Part shown: positions 9,816 to 19,546 of the stretch, in pieces
Position numbering within the stretch: the stretch's first letter is position 1
Layout of the letters: each line of letters opens with the position of its first letter
Assembly (NCBI GenBank): GCA_013265495.1
Contig: MU057640.1
Span: 2,255,716-2,275,715, forward strand
Length of the DNA: 20,000 bases
Direction: 5' to 3'
DNA from: Vicugna vicugna
Taxonomy: Eukaryota
Notes under the pieces: generated by a model
Database searches by the model: none
What the model was told of the DNA's origin: nothing
The model's input: the letters and a program-made list of their open reading frames with translations, nothing else
Translations under genes and position numbers: made by a program

Positions 9816-11972
9816 TTAATCTGAAGCCTGAGTCTTAGTCTCCTTGGGTCCAAAACGTTTTCGAAGGTACATAAATGTAGCAGTCAAAGGTAAAAGCAAA
9901 ACAGACAAAGCAAGAGTCACAACTAATGGCAAGAAAACTCTTCTGGCAGGTGCTGGGCCACTGTCAACACTACCTCCATTGCCTCTGTGTAGGCAGTAGG
10001 GCGGAGACCACCCATAGCCACAGTGGCAGTGATGTTGATTATTGCAGATCCCCTTCATGTTGCAGGTCTCAGGCAAGCAGACTCGTGACAGGAGAGACAG
10101 ACTGACACACTTCTTGTGTAGGCAGATCTTTCCTGGACCACATATGGTGCCATCTTTCACTTCACCAACATCAGGTATATTCATCCCTAGGTGATAGTCA
10201 ATACTCCAGCAGGTGACACCATTGATGTGAGTGTACTGTAATGTTGAGTGGTCTCTCAGATGGGGAATGCCTCCCACATTCTCACACTGAACTCTCCCAC
10301 AAAAGATATCTGAAGTACGACATTTGAGGTATGTTGTGCCATTTATACCACAGTGGCCAAAACGGTTTCCCTGGGAGTTGATTTCTTTATAGCAAATCTG
10401 AGATGCACTCTTTGCACCTTCACCGAAAATCTCCCTGCACTGTTCATCACGGTTATTACATCTCTTTTGATAGCAGTAGGCACTGTCATCACTACAGGGA
10501 ATCCCATCCTGCCTATATACATCTTCTGGGCACTGATGAGATGTCCCATTGCACCACTCTGGAAGGTCACATTCACTGACCTGACGTCTACAGAGTTCCC
10601 CTGCTGGCATGAACTTGCAGTCTTTGCAACAAAGTCCAAAAGCACAAGCGGCCCCAGGCTTCAGAGTGCAGTTCAACAGACAACAGGGATCTTGTTCACA
10701 CTGCTTTATAGAGCCACAGTCACACTTCTCTTCTCCTTCAACCACACCGTTCCCACAGCGTTTCAGCATAAAGACTGCCCCTGGAATTGGAGGACTGTAC
10801 AGACATGATCCCTGGTTTAAAGTGGTCTTTGTAAAGTCTGCATAACTACAATTGGTGAATCTCTCTGATGGCACTCTGACAGCATTCATGATGCAAGCAC
10901 TTTGCCCACACAAACAGAATTCTTCATCATGCTGCATACCCAAAGTGTGACCTAACTCATGAGCTACAGTGAGGGCAAAAACAGACCAGGGATCTCCTTT
11001 GAAATTATTAACTCCACAGTCAATAGGAGGATGACATATTCCTGCAACATAGGCTATCCCAAGTACACTTATAAGTGAATTTTTAATGAAAATATGTGCA
11101 GCATCATACTGTAGCTGGGAAAGACTGATTTGTTTCCACTGAGAGAAATCCTCCAGAACCTGTTCTATGCTTATCATTGGGAAAACATTTCCATGATTCC
11201 AGATCTCAATTCCAGTCAAAATCACATAAGTACCCAACTGCTGATAAATGGAATCCACTATGTTGACAACAACAAATACATTCTCCTGCACATTTGAGAA
11301 ATTACTTTGGCAGTAAATGAAGAAATTGTGATCCACCACCACAGTCAGCTCCAGAAACCATGAGTGGGTCCACCAGTTATAAGCAGAATTTTGTCTCAGA
11401 GTTAATTTTTCGGCCTCTTCAAATTCCAACTGTTGATGTGCTTTATTTGTTAAGCCACATCTCATAAGTGAGACTTCTGTCTCATTAGTGTTTATCTTAT
11501 AAATCAGGTGTTCAAATGTGGTAGAGTGCCTGATGGGCTCAATTTCATAAGTAATGTTATTAATCTGTAGCATTCCTTGAAACCCCCCAGAACAAGTACT
11601 GAGGGAAACCAGGGACTCCAAGGCCCCCTCCACATAGCCATGATAGTAGCAGTCATCAGGAACAAAAGGCTGATCCTGGCGGAGGGCTTGCTGGTCCGTG
11701 TAGGTGAACACTGGGAGATGTCTGGAAACCAAGATCTTCTTAGCCCTCATGTGGACAACATGTTGCCAGCCCCCAAACTGCAGGCTGTAGGAGAGCCAGC
11801 CTGGAGCCTTTGCACCTCTGCTTCTGTTGGTAACCTTTGAGGGGATCACCACTTCTGGGGAGCTGAGGCTTTGGGAACGCCCAGCCTGGGAGAGGCCACA
11901 AGGGAACAGAGACACCTCAAGCCAGAGCAGTACAACGACTCCCATGGATACCACAGCCTCACCAGCCACCAT
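9816..11972 (-). CDS. ADAM21: Disintegrin and metalloproteinase domain-containing protein 21 (single coding exon, 718 aa)
   Basis: Signal peptide; prodomain (SPEVVIP, HLPVFTY, CYYHGYV) with cysteine switch MRCGLT; reprolysin site HELGHTLGMQHD (10926-10961) and Met-turn CIMN; disintegrin (CGNGVVEGEEKCDCG, ECDLPEWC), Cys-rich and EGF domains; TM helix; short tail. WWTHSWFLEL, FSQWKQISLSQLQ, PPIDCGV and GPKETK match recalled human ADAM21 rather than ADAM20. Confidence 0.95.
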   Translation of the reverse strand: MVAGEAVVSMGVVVLLWLEVSLFPCGLSQAGRSQSLSSPEVVIPSKVTNRSRGAKAPGWLSYSLQFGGWQHVVHMRAKKILVSRHLPVFTYTDQQALRQDQPFVPDDCYYHGYVEGALESLVSLSTCSGGFQGMLQINNITYEIEPIRHSTTFEHLIYKINTNETEVSLMRCGLTNKAHQQLEFEEAEKLTLRQNSAYNWWTHSWFLELTVVVDHNFFIYCQSNFSNVQENVFVVVNIVDSIYQQLGTYVILTGIEIWNHGNVFPMISIEQVLEDFSQWKQISLSQLQYDAAHIFIKNSLISVLGIAYVAGICHPPIDCGVNNFKGDPWSVFALTVAHELGHTLGMQHDEEFCLCGQSACIMNAVRVPSERFTNCSYADFTKTTLNQGSCLYSPPIPGAVFMLKRCGNGVVEGEEKCDCGSIKQCEQDPCCLLNCTLKPGAACAFGLCCKDCKFMPAGELCRRQVSECDLPEWCNGTSHQCPEDVYRQDGIPCSDDSAYCYQKRCNNRDEQCREIFGEGAKSASQICYKEINSQGNRFGHCGINGTTYLKCRTSDIFCGRVQCENVGGIPHLRDHSTLQYTHINGVTCWSIDYHLGMNIPDVGEVKDGTICGPGKICLHKKCVSLSLLSRVCLPETCNMKGICNNQHHCHCGYGWSPPYCLHRGNGGSVDSGPAPARRVFLPLVVTLALSVLLLPLTATFMYLRKRFGPKETKTQASD

Positions 11973-11997
11973 TATGGAATGGCCATTATGAAACCAT

Positions 11998-12125
11998 CTG
12001 TTCAGAGAAAAACAAAGTGAGGCACTGCTGATCTGGCTCGTCTCTGAGTTGACTTTTAAGGATGTGTGTCCTGTCAGAGTTGGACAATCAGAGCTGTAGT
12101 GCTGAAAGTGAAAATAAAAAGAAGG
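11998..12125 (-). promoter_or_regulatory. Candidate splice acceptors for the ADAM21 coding exon
   Basis: On the minus strand: ctttgtttttctctgaacag| (AG ends at 11998), and ccttctttttattttcactttcag|cactacag| (AGs ending at ~12102 and ~12094). Confidence 0.55.
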
Positions 12126-12259
12126 GTTTGGATAGCGGGGGGGGCGGATTGGGTAAGGAAAGTAGGAAAAAGAAGTTGAATGGGGAAAAAATTACTAATA
12201 AATCAAGAAAAAGCTTTGGATTTGTTTTCAATAAATGGGGGGGGGGGGGGTGGGAAGTT

Positions 12260-12395
12260 AGATGGGGTATAGGTAGTACAATATTGGCCATAGGTTGATG
12301 GTTGTGGGATTTGACAATAGGTACTTAGGTTTCAATATACAATTACCTCAATACATATAGGTGGAATAAAAATCTCTCCTATAAAAAGTTAAAGC
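12260..12395 (+). mobile_element. Old L1 (L1MC/ME-like) extreme 3' tail
   Basis: 'attggccataggttgatggttgt...ggtacttaggtttcaatatac...ataaaaagttaaa'. Confidence 0.55.
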
Positions 12396-12416
12396 AAAAG
12401 TAAAGGAACTTTAGAG

Positions 12417-12537
12417 TAGGGTGACTGTAATATCTCAGTTGGTCCAAGATCACGTTGTTTATACCTGCTGTCCTTGTGTAACTATTGGTACTTTCCACTG
12501 TGAAAACCGGAGAGGTCAGAAATAATCACAGTCCTTA
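12417..12537. mobile_element. MER94-like hAT-Blackjack miniature DNA transposon
   Basis: Starts with the Blackjack-type TIR tagggtgac and contains 'gtttatacctgctgtcct...gtaactatt...tttccactgtgaaaa'; degenerate right TIR 'acagtcctta'; ~120 bp long. Confidence 0.7.
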
Positions 12538-12594
12538 CATCAATTTGTATCAGATTGATACAAATCGATTTTCTTTAGAGTTTCTTTATCTCAA

Positions 12595-12731
12595 GTTATT
12601 TACTTGTCTCCTTGCTGTATTCTCCTTCATCCACAACTCTATGGGACTGTAAGGTCATTGAGGGCAGGGTTTATGATTTTAACTCATTTAAGAATTCCCT
12701 ATAATACCTAGTATCATTCTCTATACAGTGG
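12595..12731 (+). mobile_element. L2 3'-region remnant
   Basis: 'gactgtaaggtcattgagggcaggg...atacctagtatca' matches the L2 motif gactgtaagctccttgagggcaggg...tgcctagcaca. Confidence 0.75.
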
Positions 12732-13124
12732 AAAATGGAAATGGGGGAGGGGTGGTGAAGTACTTGGGTTATAGATGAATGTCACTTAAGATGTATTCTT
12801 ATATGAATATAATTTTATAAGAGAAAAAAATCATAAAAAACTGACATCTTCTAAAGGAATGAGGAGAACAGTGTTGTTCTCTTCAGTTACCTACAGGAGA
12901 ATACCAAAGACAAGAGGAAATGCCTTAAGAAGGGAAAGTGAGAATTCATGACATTTAAAGGCTTGGGGAAAGGAACTCTGTCTTCTGGGCAAAGGCATGA
13001 GAGTGCCTGGTATTTTAGGATTGCAAGGGAAAATTCCCAATGTCTGCTTAAATATATTTACCAACAGGTTTTGAAAGTGGGGGAATTTCTGTACCTGGCC
13101 TACAGTCTCTCTGGCAACACTCCT

Positions 13125-13230
13125 TCATTTCTCTTCTTAATTCATTAAACAATTATTTATATGTTTGGAGCATACAAAGTACAGGACATTGTGCTACATG
13201 TTAGGGAAATAAAGTAAATATACAGAGCAT
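13125..13230 (-). mobile_element. L2 3'-end remnant
   Basis: 'ttcattaaacaattatttat...gagcatac...caggacattgtgcta...gggaaataaag'. Confidence 0.6.
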
Positions 13231-13430
13231 TAAATAAATTATCAATTTTGTACAGAAATGTGTGGCAGGGACTTATAATATTGTATTCAACATTTCATGT
13301 ATTATGTGCCCTTTTCTTTGGCTGAGTGTCTATAGACATCATCACAGTCTCAGCCTAAGTGCCAAAAAAGTAGGTAAAAAGCACTGATCCTATGGAAAAA
13401 TAGATAAGTAATCAGCTTACTATAATAGGA

Positions 13431-13500
13431 TCTAAATAATTAATTAATTTAAATAGATTAATTAATCTAAATAGATCAATTAATCTAAATAGATTAATCT
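13431..13500. repeat. AT-rich minisatellite, ~4 copies of the 18-bp unit TCTAAATAGATTAATTAA
   Basis: Units start at 13431, 13448, 13466 and 13484, read directly. Confidence 0.9.
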
Positions 13501-13669
13501 GAGGCTAATAAAGTTAATGACTCAGGGATCCTCACTGTACAGACCTCCATAAACCCCTGGGAGGTGCTTAGTAATACAGTTTATGAGAGTTATCAATATA
13601 ACACTGTTCAAAATTAGTCACTACACACAAGCAAATTTAAAGTGCCCTGAAATATCACAGTTTATACAT

Positions 13670-14126
13670 TAAAGACTTGATAAAGGTTTCCTGAAATTCA
13701 ACAATAATTTATGTAGTATTTATTGTATTACCAATAACAAGTTGTAAAGCTGATTTTTCTAAACTATAAATAATAAAGAATAAATTTTGATTGAATATCC
13801 TAGGGATAGTCAATTATCTTCCTGTTCTCTCCAGAGAAAATGTAACAAAATAATTCTCATAAGACAGGCAATTAAAGAGGAAGCAATTATAAAACTGTAG
13901 GGAAACATATTATAGAAGTGTATCAGGAAGTTAATATAAGTACTGGGTTTTAAAAATTTTGTGATGGTTATCATATTTTCAAACTTTTAAAATTTATAAT
14001 TCATTGTGATTTCTTCCTCATGTTAAATAAATGTTCATTTTTATCCTTATTGTAATTTTCTATTCTTTTTCTTAAAGTGTCCTCTCTTGTAGATGCTTCA
14101 GGTCCAAAAATCTGATTTCAGCACTG
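13670..14126 (+). mobile_element. hAT-Tip100 (Zaphod-like) DNA transposon 3' portion, including a decayed transposase dimerisation domain
   Basis: 'ttaccaataacaagttgtaaagctga...ttttctaaacta...ataataaagaataaatttt...aattatctt' corresponds to hAT LPITSCEAERNFSKL..IKNKFR..LNYL; the end resembles the Zaphod terminus 'gcttcaggtcc...tctgatttcagcactg'. Left boundary uncertain. Confidence 0.75.
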
Positions 14127-14714
14127 ACTGTGATAAACATACTGACAAAGGTAAGTTCAGTTTCTTATGAGTAAACACAGGAAGAGCAACTAAGCCAAGC
14201 TAATTGAGAAGCCTTGCATGGGAGATGTGAAAATAAAGGTGACTGATCCAGTACCAATTATCTCCTGGACTCTGAATCATTCCTAGTCAATACTTCCTTT
14301 ACTCTGATTCAAATTCTTCTATGTCATCCCTCCATTGAACTTCCCCTATTACTTCTGCAATCTTCATTTAATGAGAAAGGAAGAGAGAGAGAGCCAAACT
14401 CAATCCTCAACCTCTTCACAGAGCTCCCTATACCTCTTTACTTTATTAAACCTGAGCTTCTGTAGAATTTACTGCTTGCCCTAAAGCTCACTCTAGAGAA
14501 ACTCACGTCACAGAAGTCATATGTGCTTTATGGTCCACAGGCTGGGTTCCGGTTGTCCACAGCCCATAAAGTCCATTCAGGACCACTTACCCTGCTACAT
14601 TTGACTAGACTGATTTTTAACATTTCTTTCTCACTCTTCCATCAACCACTCCCTGCACAAATTTCAAAGACTTTGACATCTGAAAGTGGAAGTCTCTCTC
14701 CACCCTAATTGTTA

Positions 14715-15090
14715 GCGAGTTAGTGTGTGTGCATTTCTCAAGAGAAGAGTCTAGCCTCTCCAACTCTTCTATTTGTCTTAGCAGATTTCCCAGCAGGCAC
14801 AGGGGCTCCCCAGGTTGAAGAGTCCACCTGTATGGACTTTCTCTTCCTTATAAATCCCTCCCATGGGTGCCAGACGTGATGCCTTTTTTTCCGTCCTACT
14901 TGGTTACATGGATTTGTATTTTGCAGCTTTGGTCGTACAGAAGATCTGCCAGTTTCCAATTCATTTTATGTGAGATTTTTTTCCTCATACAGATGTATTT
15001 TTGACATGTTTTTTGGGGGAGGTGAGTTCCATGTCCTCTTACTCTGCCATCTTCATCTCCTCCTCACTCTGCCATCTTGATCCCTTCCTC
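14715..15090 (-). mobile_element. Solo LINE-1 5'-UTR start (internal-promoter region)
   Basis: Reverse complement begins gaggaagggatCAAGATGGCagagt...gaggacatggaactcacctccccc...tcaaaaatacatctg...tctcaca...ggaaactggcaga, the typical laurasiatherian L1 5' terminus. No ORF1 follows. Confidence 0.8.
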
Positions 15091-15186
15091 AGGTGGTTTT
15101 GATTCAAAATAGCACTTTATAGATACAGAGCATCACAAGTTATGTCCTAGAGTAAGAAATGTGGCTTTTTGGGGGTCAGGGTTGGG

Positions 15187-16400
15187 TTTTTTAAAACTGA
15201 AATATAGATTGATTTACAATAGTAGCTTCAAATGTACAACATAGTGATTTAATATTTTTATAGACTAAACCATTTAAAGTTATATAAAAGATTGGCTATG
15301 CTCCCTGTGTTGTACAGTATATCCTGGTAGCTTATGTATTTTATACATAGTGGTTTGTATTCTTAATCCTCTACTCCTATTTTCCCCTTCCCTGATCCCT
15401 CTCCACCATGGTAACCACTGATTTGTTCTCTATATCTTTAAGTCTGTTTCTGTTTTGTTGTTGTATTCATTTATTTTATTTTTTAGATTCCTCATATAAG
15501 TGTCTTTCTTTGTCTTTCTTTGTCTGACTTAACTCACTAAGCATAATACCTTCCAGGGCCAACCATGTTGTCGAAAGTGGTAAAAGTTCATTCTTAAATT
15601 TCATTAAAATTGGCTGAATAATATTCGTGTGTGTGTGTGTATCACATCTTTATCTATCATCTGTGGATGGACACTTGGGTGGCTTCCATGTCTTGGCTAT
15701 TGTAAATACTGCTGTCATGAACATTGAGGTGCACGAGTCTTTTCCAATTAGTGTTTTCTTTGGGGGAGGTTATATACCCAGTAGTGGAATTGCTGAATCA
15801 TATGGTAGTTCTATTTTTAAGTTTTTGAGGAACCCCCATACAATATTCCATAGTGGCTGTACCACTTTACATTCCCACAACAGTTTGTGAGGATTCCTTT
15901 TTCTCCACATCTTTGCCACCATTTGTTATTTGTGGTCTTCTTGACAAAAGCCATTCTGACAGGTGTGAGGTGATATCTAATTGTGGTTTTGATTTGTATT
16001 TCCCTGATGGTTAGCAGTGTTGAGCATCTTTTCATGTGCTTGTTGGGCATGTGTATGTCTTCTTTGGAAAAATGTCAGTTTAGGTCTTTTGCCCATTTTT
16101 TGATTGGGTTTTTTTTTTTTTAGATACTGAGTTGTATGAGTTATTTATATATTTCTGATATTACACCTTATAGGTCATATCACTTGCAAATATTTTCTCC
16201 CATTCAGTTGGTTATCTTTCATTTTGATAATGGTTTCTTTTGCTGTGCAAAACACTTAGTGTAATTGAGTCCTATTTATTTTCACTTTTGCTTCCTTTGC
16301 CTGATGAGACCGATGCAAAAAAGATTGGTATGACTTGTGTCAGAGTGTTCTGCCTGTTTTATTCTACAGGTTTTATGGTTTCAGGTCTTATATTTAGGTC
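15187..16400 (-). mobile_element. LINE-1 3' end (element A: 3' UTR + ORF2 C-terminus)
   Basis: T-tract, then 3'-UTR motifs (gatttacaat, ggtaaccact, ttttagattcc); the minus ORF 15817-16050 ([20 protein letters not shown]) is ORF2p. Confidence 0.92.
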
Positions 16401-19400
16401 TTTTTTTAAAAATTGAAGTAAAAATGATTTACAATATTAAGTTATTTTCAGGTGTACAGCATAGTGATTCAGTATTTTTGCAGATTATACTCTATTATAG
16501 GTTATTATGTGGTAATAACTATAATTTCCTCTGCTATACAATATAGCCTTGTTTCTTATCTTTTTCATACATAATAGTCTGAATCTGTTAATCCTATATC
16601 CCTAATTTGTCCCTCCCCCTTCTTCTCCCCTTTGTTAACCACTAGTTTTTTTCCCTATATCTGTGAGTCTGTTTCTGTTTGGCATATACATTTATTTGTA
16701 TAACTTTTTTAGATTCCATATATAAGTAATATCATACAGTGTATCTTTCTCTGTCTGACTTACTTCCCTTAGTATAATATTCTCTAAGTCCATCCATATT
16801 GCTGCAAATGGCAGAATTTAATTCTTTTATATGGCTGAGTTATATTCCATTCTATGTATATATCACATCTTGTTTATCCATTAGTCTGTGATTGTACATT
16901 TGGGTTCCTTCCAAATCTTGGGTGGCTATTGTAAATATTGCTGTTATGAACATCAGATTGCAGGTGTCTTTTTGAATTAGTGTTTTTATTTATTCTGAGT
17001 ATATACCCAGGAGTGGAATTGCTGGGTGACATGCTAGTTTTATTTTTAGTTTTTTAAGGAAACTCCATACTGTTTTCTATAGTGGCTGCATCAATTTATA
17101 TTCCTACCAACAGTGCATGAGAGTTCCCTTTTCTCCGTGCCCTCTCCAGCATTCTTTACTTGCGGTCTTTTTGATGATAAACATTCTGACAGGTGTGAGG
17201 TGATATCTCACTGGTTTTGATTTGTATTTCCCTGATGGTTAGTGATGTTGAGCATCTTTTCATGTGCCTATTGGCAATCTGTATGTCTTCTTTGGAAACA
17301 TGTCCATTCAGGTCTTCTGCACATTTTTAGTCAGGTTGTTTGTTTTCTTGATATTGAGTTATATGAGCTGTTTATATATTTTGAATGTTAACCACTTGTC
17401 AGTCACATCATTGCAAATATTTTCTCTCGTTCAGTAGGTTGTCTTTTCATTTTATTGATGGTTTCCTTTGCTGTGCAAAAGCTTTTAAGTTTAATTAGGT
17501 CCCATTTTTTTTTGCTTTAATCTTTTCCCCTTAGGAATGAATTCAAAAATATATTGCTGTGATTTATGTTGAAGAGTGTCCTGCCAGTGTTCTCTTCTAG
17601 TTTTATGGTTTCAGGTCTTACATTTATATCTTTAAACCATTTTGAGTTTGTTTTGTATATGGTGTGTGAGAAAACATTCTAATCTTACTCTTTTACATGT
17701 AGCTGTCCAATTTTCCTAGCACCACTTGTTGAAGAAACTGTCTTTTCTCCATTGTATATTCTTGCTTCTTTTACTGTAGATGAATTGACTATAGATTTGT
17801 GGATTTGTTTCTTGGCTCTCTATTCTGTTCCATTGATCTATATATCTGTTTTTTGTTCCAGTACCACACTGTTTTGATTAATTTAGCATTGTAGTATTCT
17901 CTGAAGTCTGGGAGGGTTACACCTTCAGTTTTGTTCTTTTTCCTGAGAACTGCTTTGGCTATTTGGGGTATTTTTTAGTTCCATTTAATTTTAAGATTAT
18001 TCCTTCCAGTTCTTGAAAAATGTCATGGGTATGTGGGTAGGGATTACATTAAATCTGTAGATTGCTTTGGGTAGTATGACTATTTTAACAATATCAATTA
18101 TTCAATTCTAAGAGCATAACATATCTTTCCATTTCTTTGAATCTTATTGTTTCCTTTTTCACTGTTTTCTTGTTTTTAGAGTATAAGTCTGCTGCCTCTT
18201 TGGTTAAGTTTATTCCTAGGTCTTTTATTCTTTCTGATGAGATATAAAATAGGATAATTTCTCTTTCTGATATTTCATTGTTATCGCCTAGCAACACAGC
18301 AGATTTCTATATACTAATGTTGTATCCTGCTACCTTGATGAATTAATTAATTAGTTCCAGTAGTTTCTTGGTGGAAACTTTAGAGTTTTCTATGTAAGTT
18401 ATCATGTCATCTGGAAATAGTGACAGTTTTAGCTCTTCTCTTTCAACTTAGATATCTTTCATTTCTTTTTAAAATTGTTTGACTGCTGTGGCTAGGACTT
18501 CCTTGCCCTATTCCTAAATTTAGTGGGACGGCTTTCCACTTTTCATCATTGAGTGTGGTGTCTGGGTTTGTTGTAAACTGCCTTTATTATGTTGAGATAT
18601 ATTCCTTCAGTACCAACTTTGGCGAAAATTTTTATCATGAATGGATGTTGAATTTTGTCAAATAGTATCTCAGTGTCTATTGAGATGATCATGTGATTTT
18701 TATACTAACTTTTGTTAATGTCATGTGTCACATTGATTTATTTGTGAATGTTGAATAATATTTGTGACCCTGGAATAAATCCAATTTGATCATGGTGTAT
18801 GATCCTCTTTGTATGTTTTTGGATTAGGTTTACTAATATTTTGTTAAGGATTTTTGCATTTATATTCATCAGAGATATTGGCCTATAATTTTCACTTTTT
18901 TTATATCAGGGTAATGGTAGCCTTGTGGATTGAATTTGGGATTTCCCTTCTCTTTAATTTTTGGCAATAATTTGAAAAGGATAGGTATTAGTTCTTTATT
19001 TGTTTGGTAGAATTCCTCTGTGAGACCACATGGTCCTGGACTTTTGTTTGTTTGGAGAATTTTAATTACAAAATCAACTTTACTTCTACAGACTAGTCTG
19101 TTCAAATTGTCTATTTCTTTTTGATTCAGTCTTGGCAGGTTACATGTTTCTAAAAATGTGTCCATTTCTTCTAGGCTGTCCAATTTGTCAGCATATAACT
19201 ATTCATAGTATTCAGTTATGATTTTTTTGTATCTCTGTTGTATCAGCTGTTATTTCTTCTCTTTTATTTCTTATTTTGTTTATTTAGGTCCTTTCTTTGT
19301 TTTTTCTTAATGAGCCCAGCTAAAGGCTTATCAATGTTCTCTCTCTTTTCAAAAACCAGCTCTTGGTTTTATTGATCTTTTCCATCATTTTTGTTTGTTT

Positions 19401-19441
19401 TTTGTTTGTTTTAGTCTCTGTTTCATTTATTTCCTCTCTGA
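16401..19441 (-). mobile_element. LINE-1 (element B: 3' UTR + ~2.6 kb degraded ORF2), abutting or nested in element A
   Basis: A new T-tract and 3' UTR start at 16401. ORF2 pieces include LEEMDTFLETCNLPRLNQKEI, KSPGPCGLTEEFYQT and EKINKTKSWF, plus an FPDDMI-like RT motif near 18401-18420. Confidence 0.92.
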
Positions 19442-19546
19442 TTTTTTTTTTATTGAAGTATAGTTGTTTTAAATGCTGTGTCCATTTCTGATGTGAAGCA
19501 TAATGTTTCAGTATACATATACATACATACATTCCTTTTCATATTC
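19442..19546 (-). mobile_element. LINE-1 extreme 3' end (element C), interrupting B
   Basis: 'ttttttttttattgaagtatagttg...atttctgatgtgaagcataatgtttcagt...cttttcatattctt'. Confidence 0.8.

Noticed and set aside
10343..11840. Alternative-frame and antisense ORFs (78-151 aa) overlapping ADAM21
   Set aside because: These are shadow ORFs expected within a long coding exon; they have no recognisable domains.
13431..13500. CRISPR-like array
   Set aside because: The units are head-to-tail with no unique spacers, in mammalian DNA with no cas genes.
13670..13900. Domesticated hAT transposase gene
   Set aside because: Only a decayed C-terminal remnant with indels and stops remains; there is no ORF.
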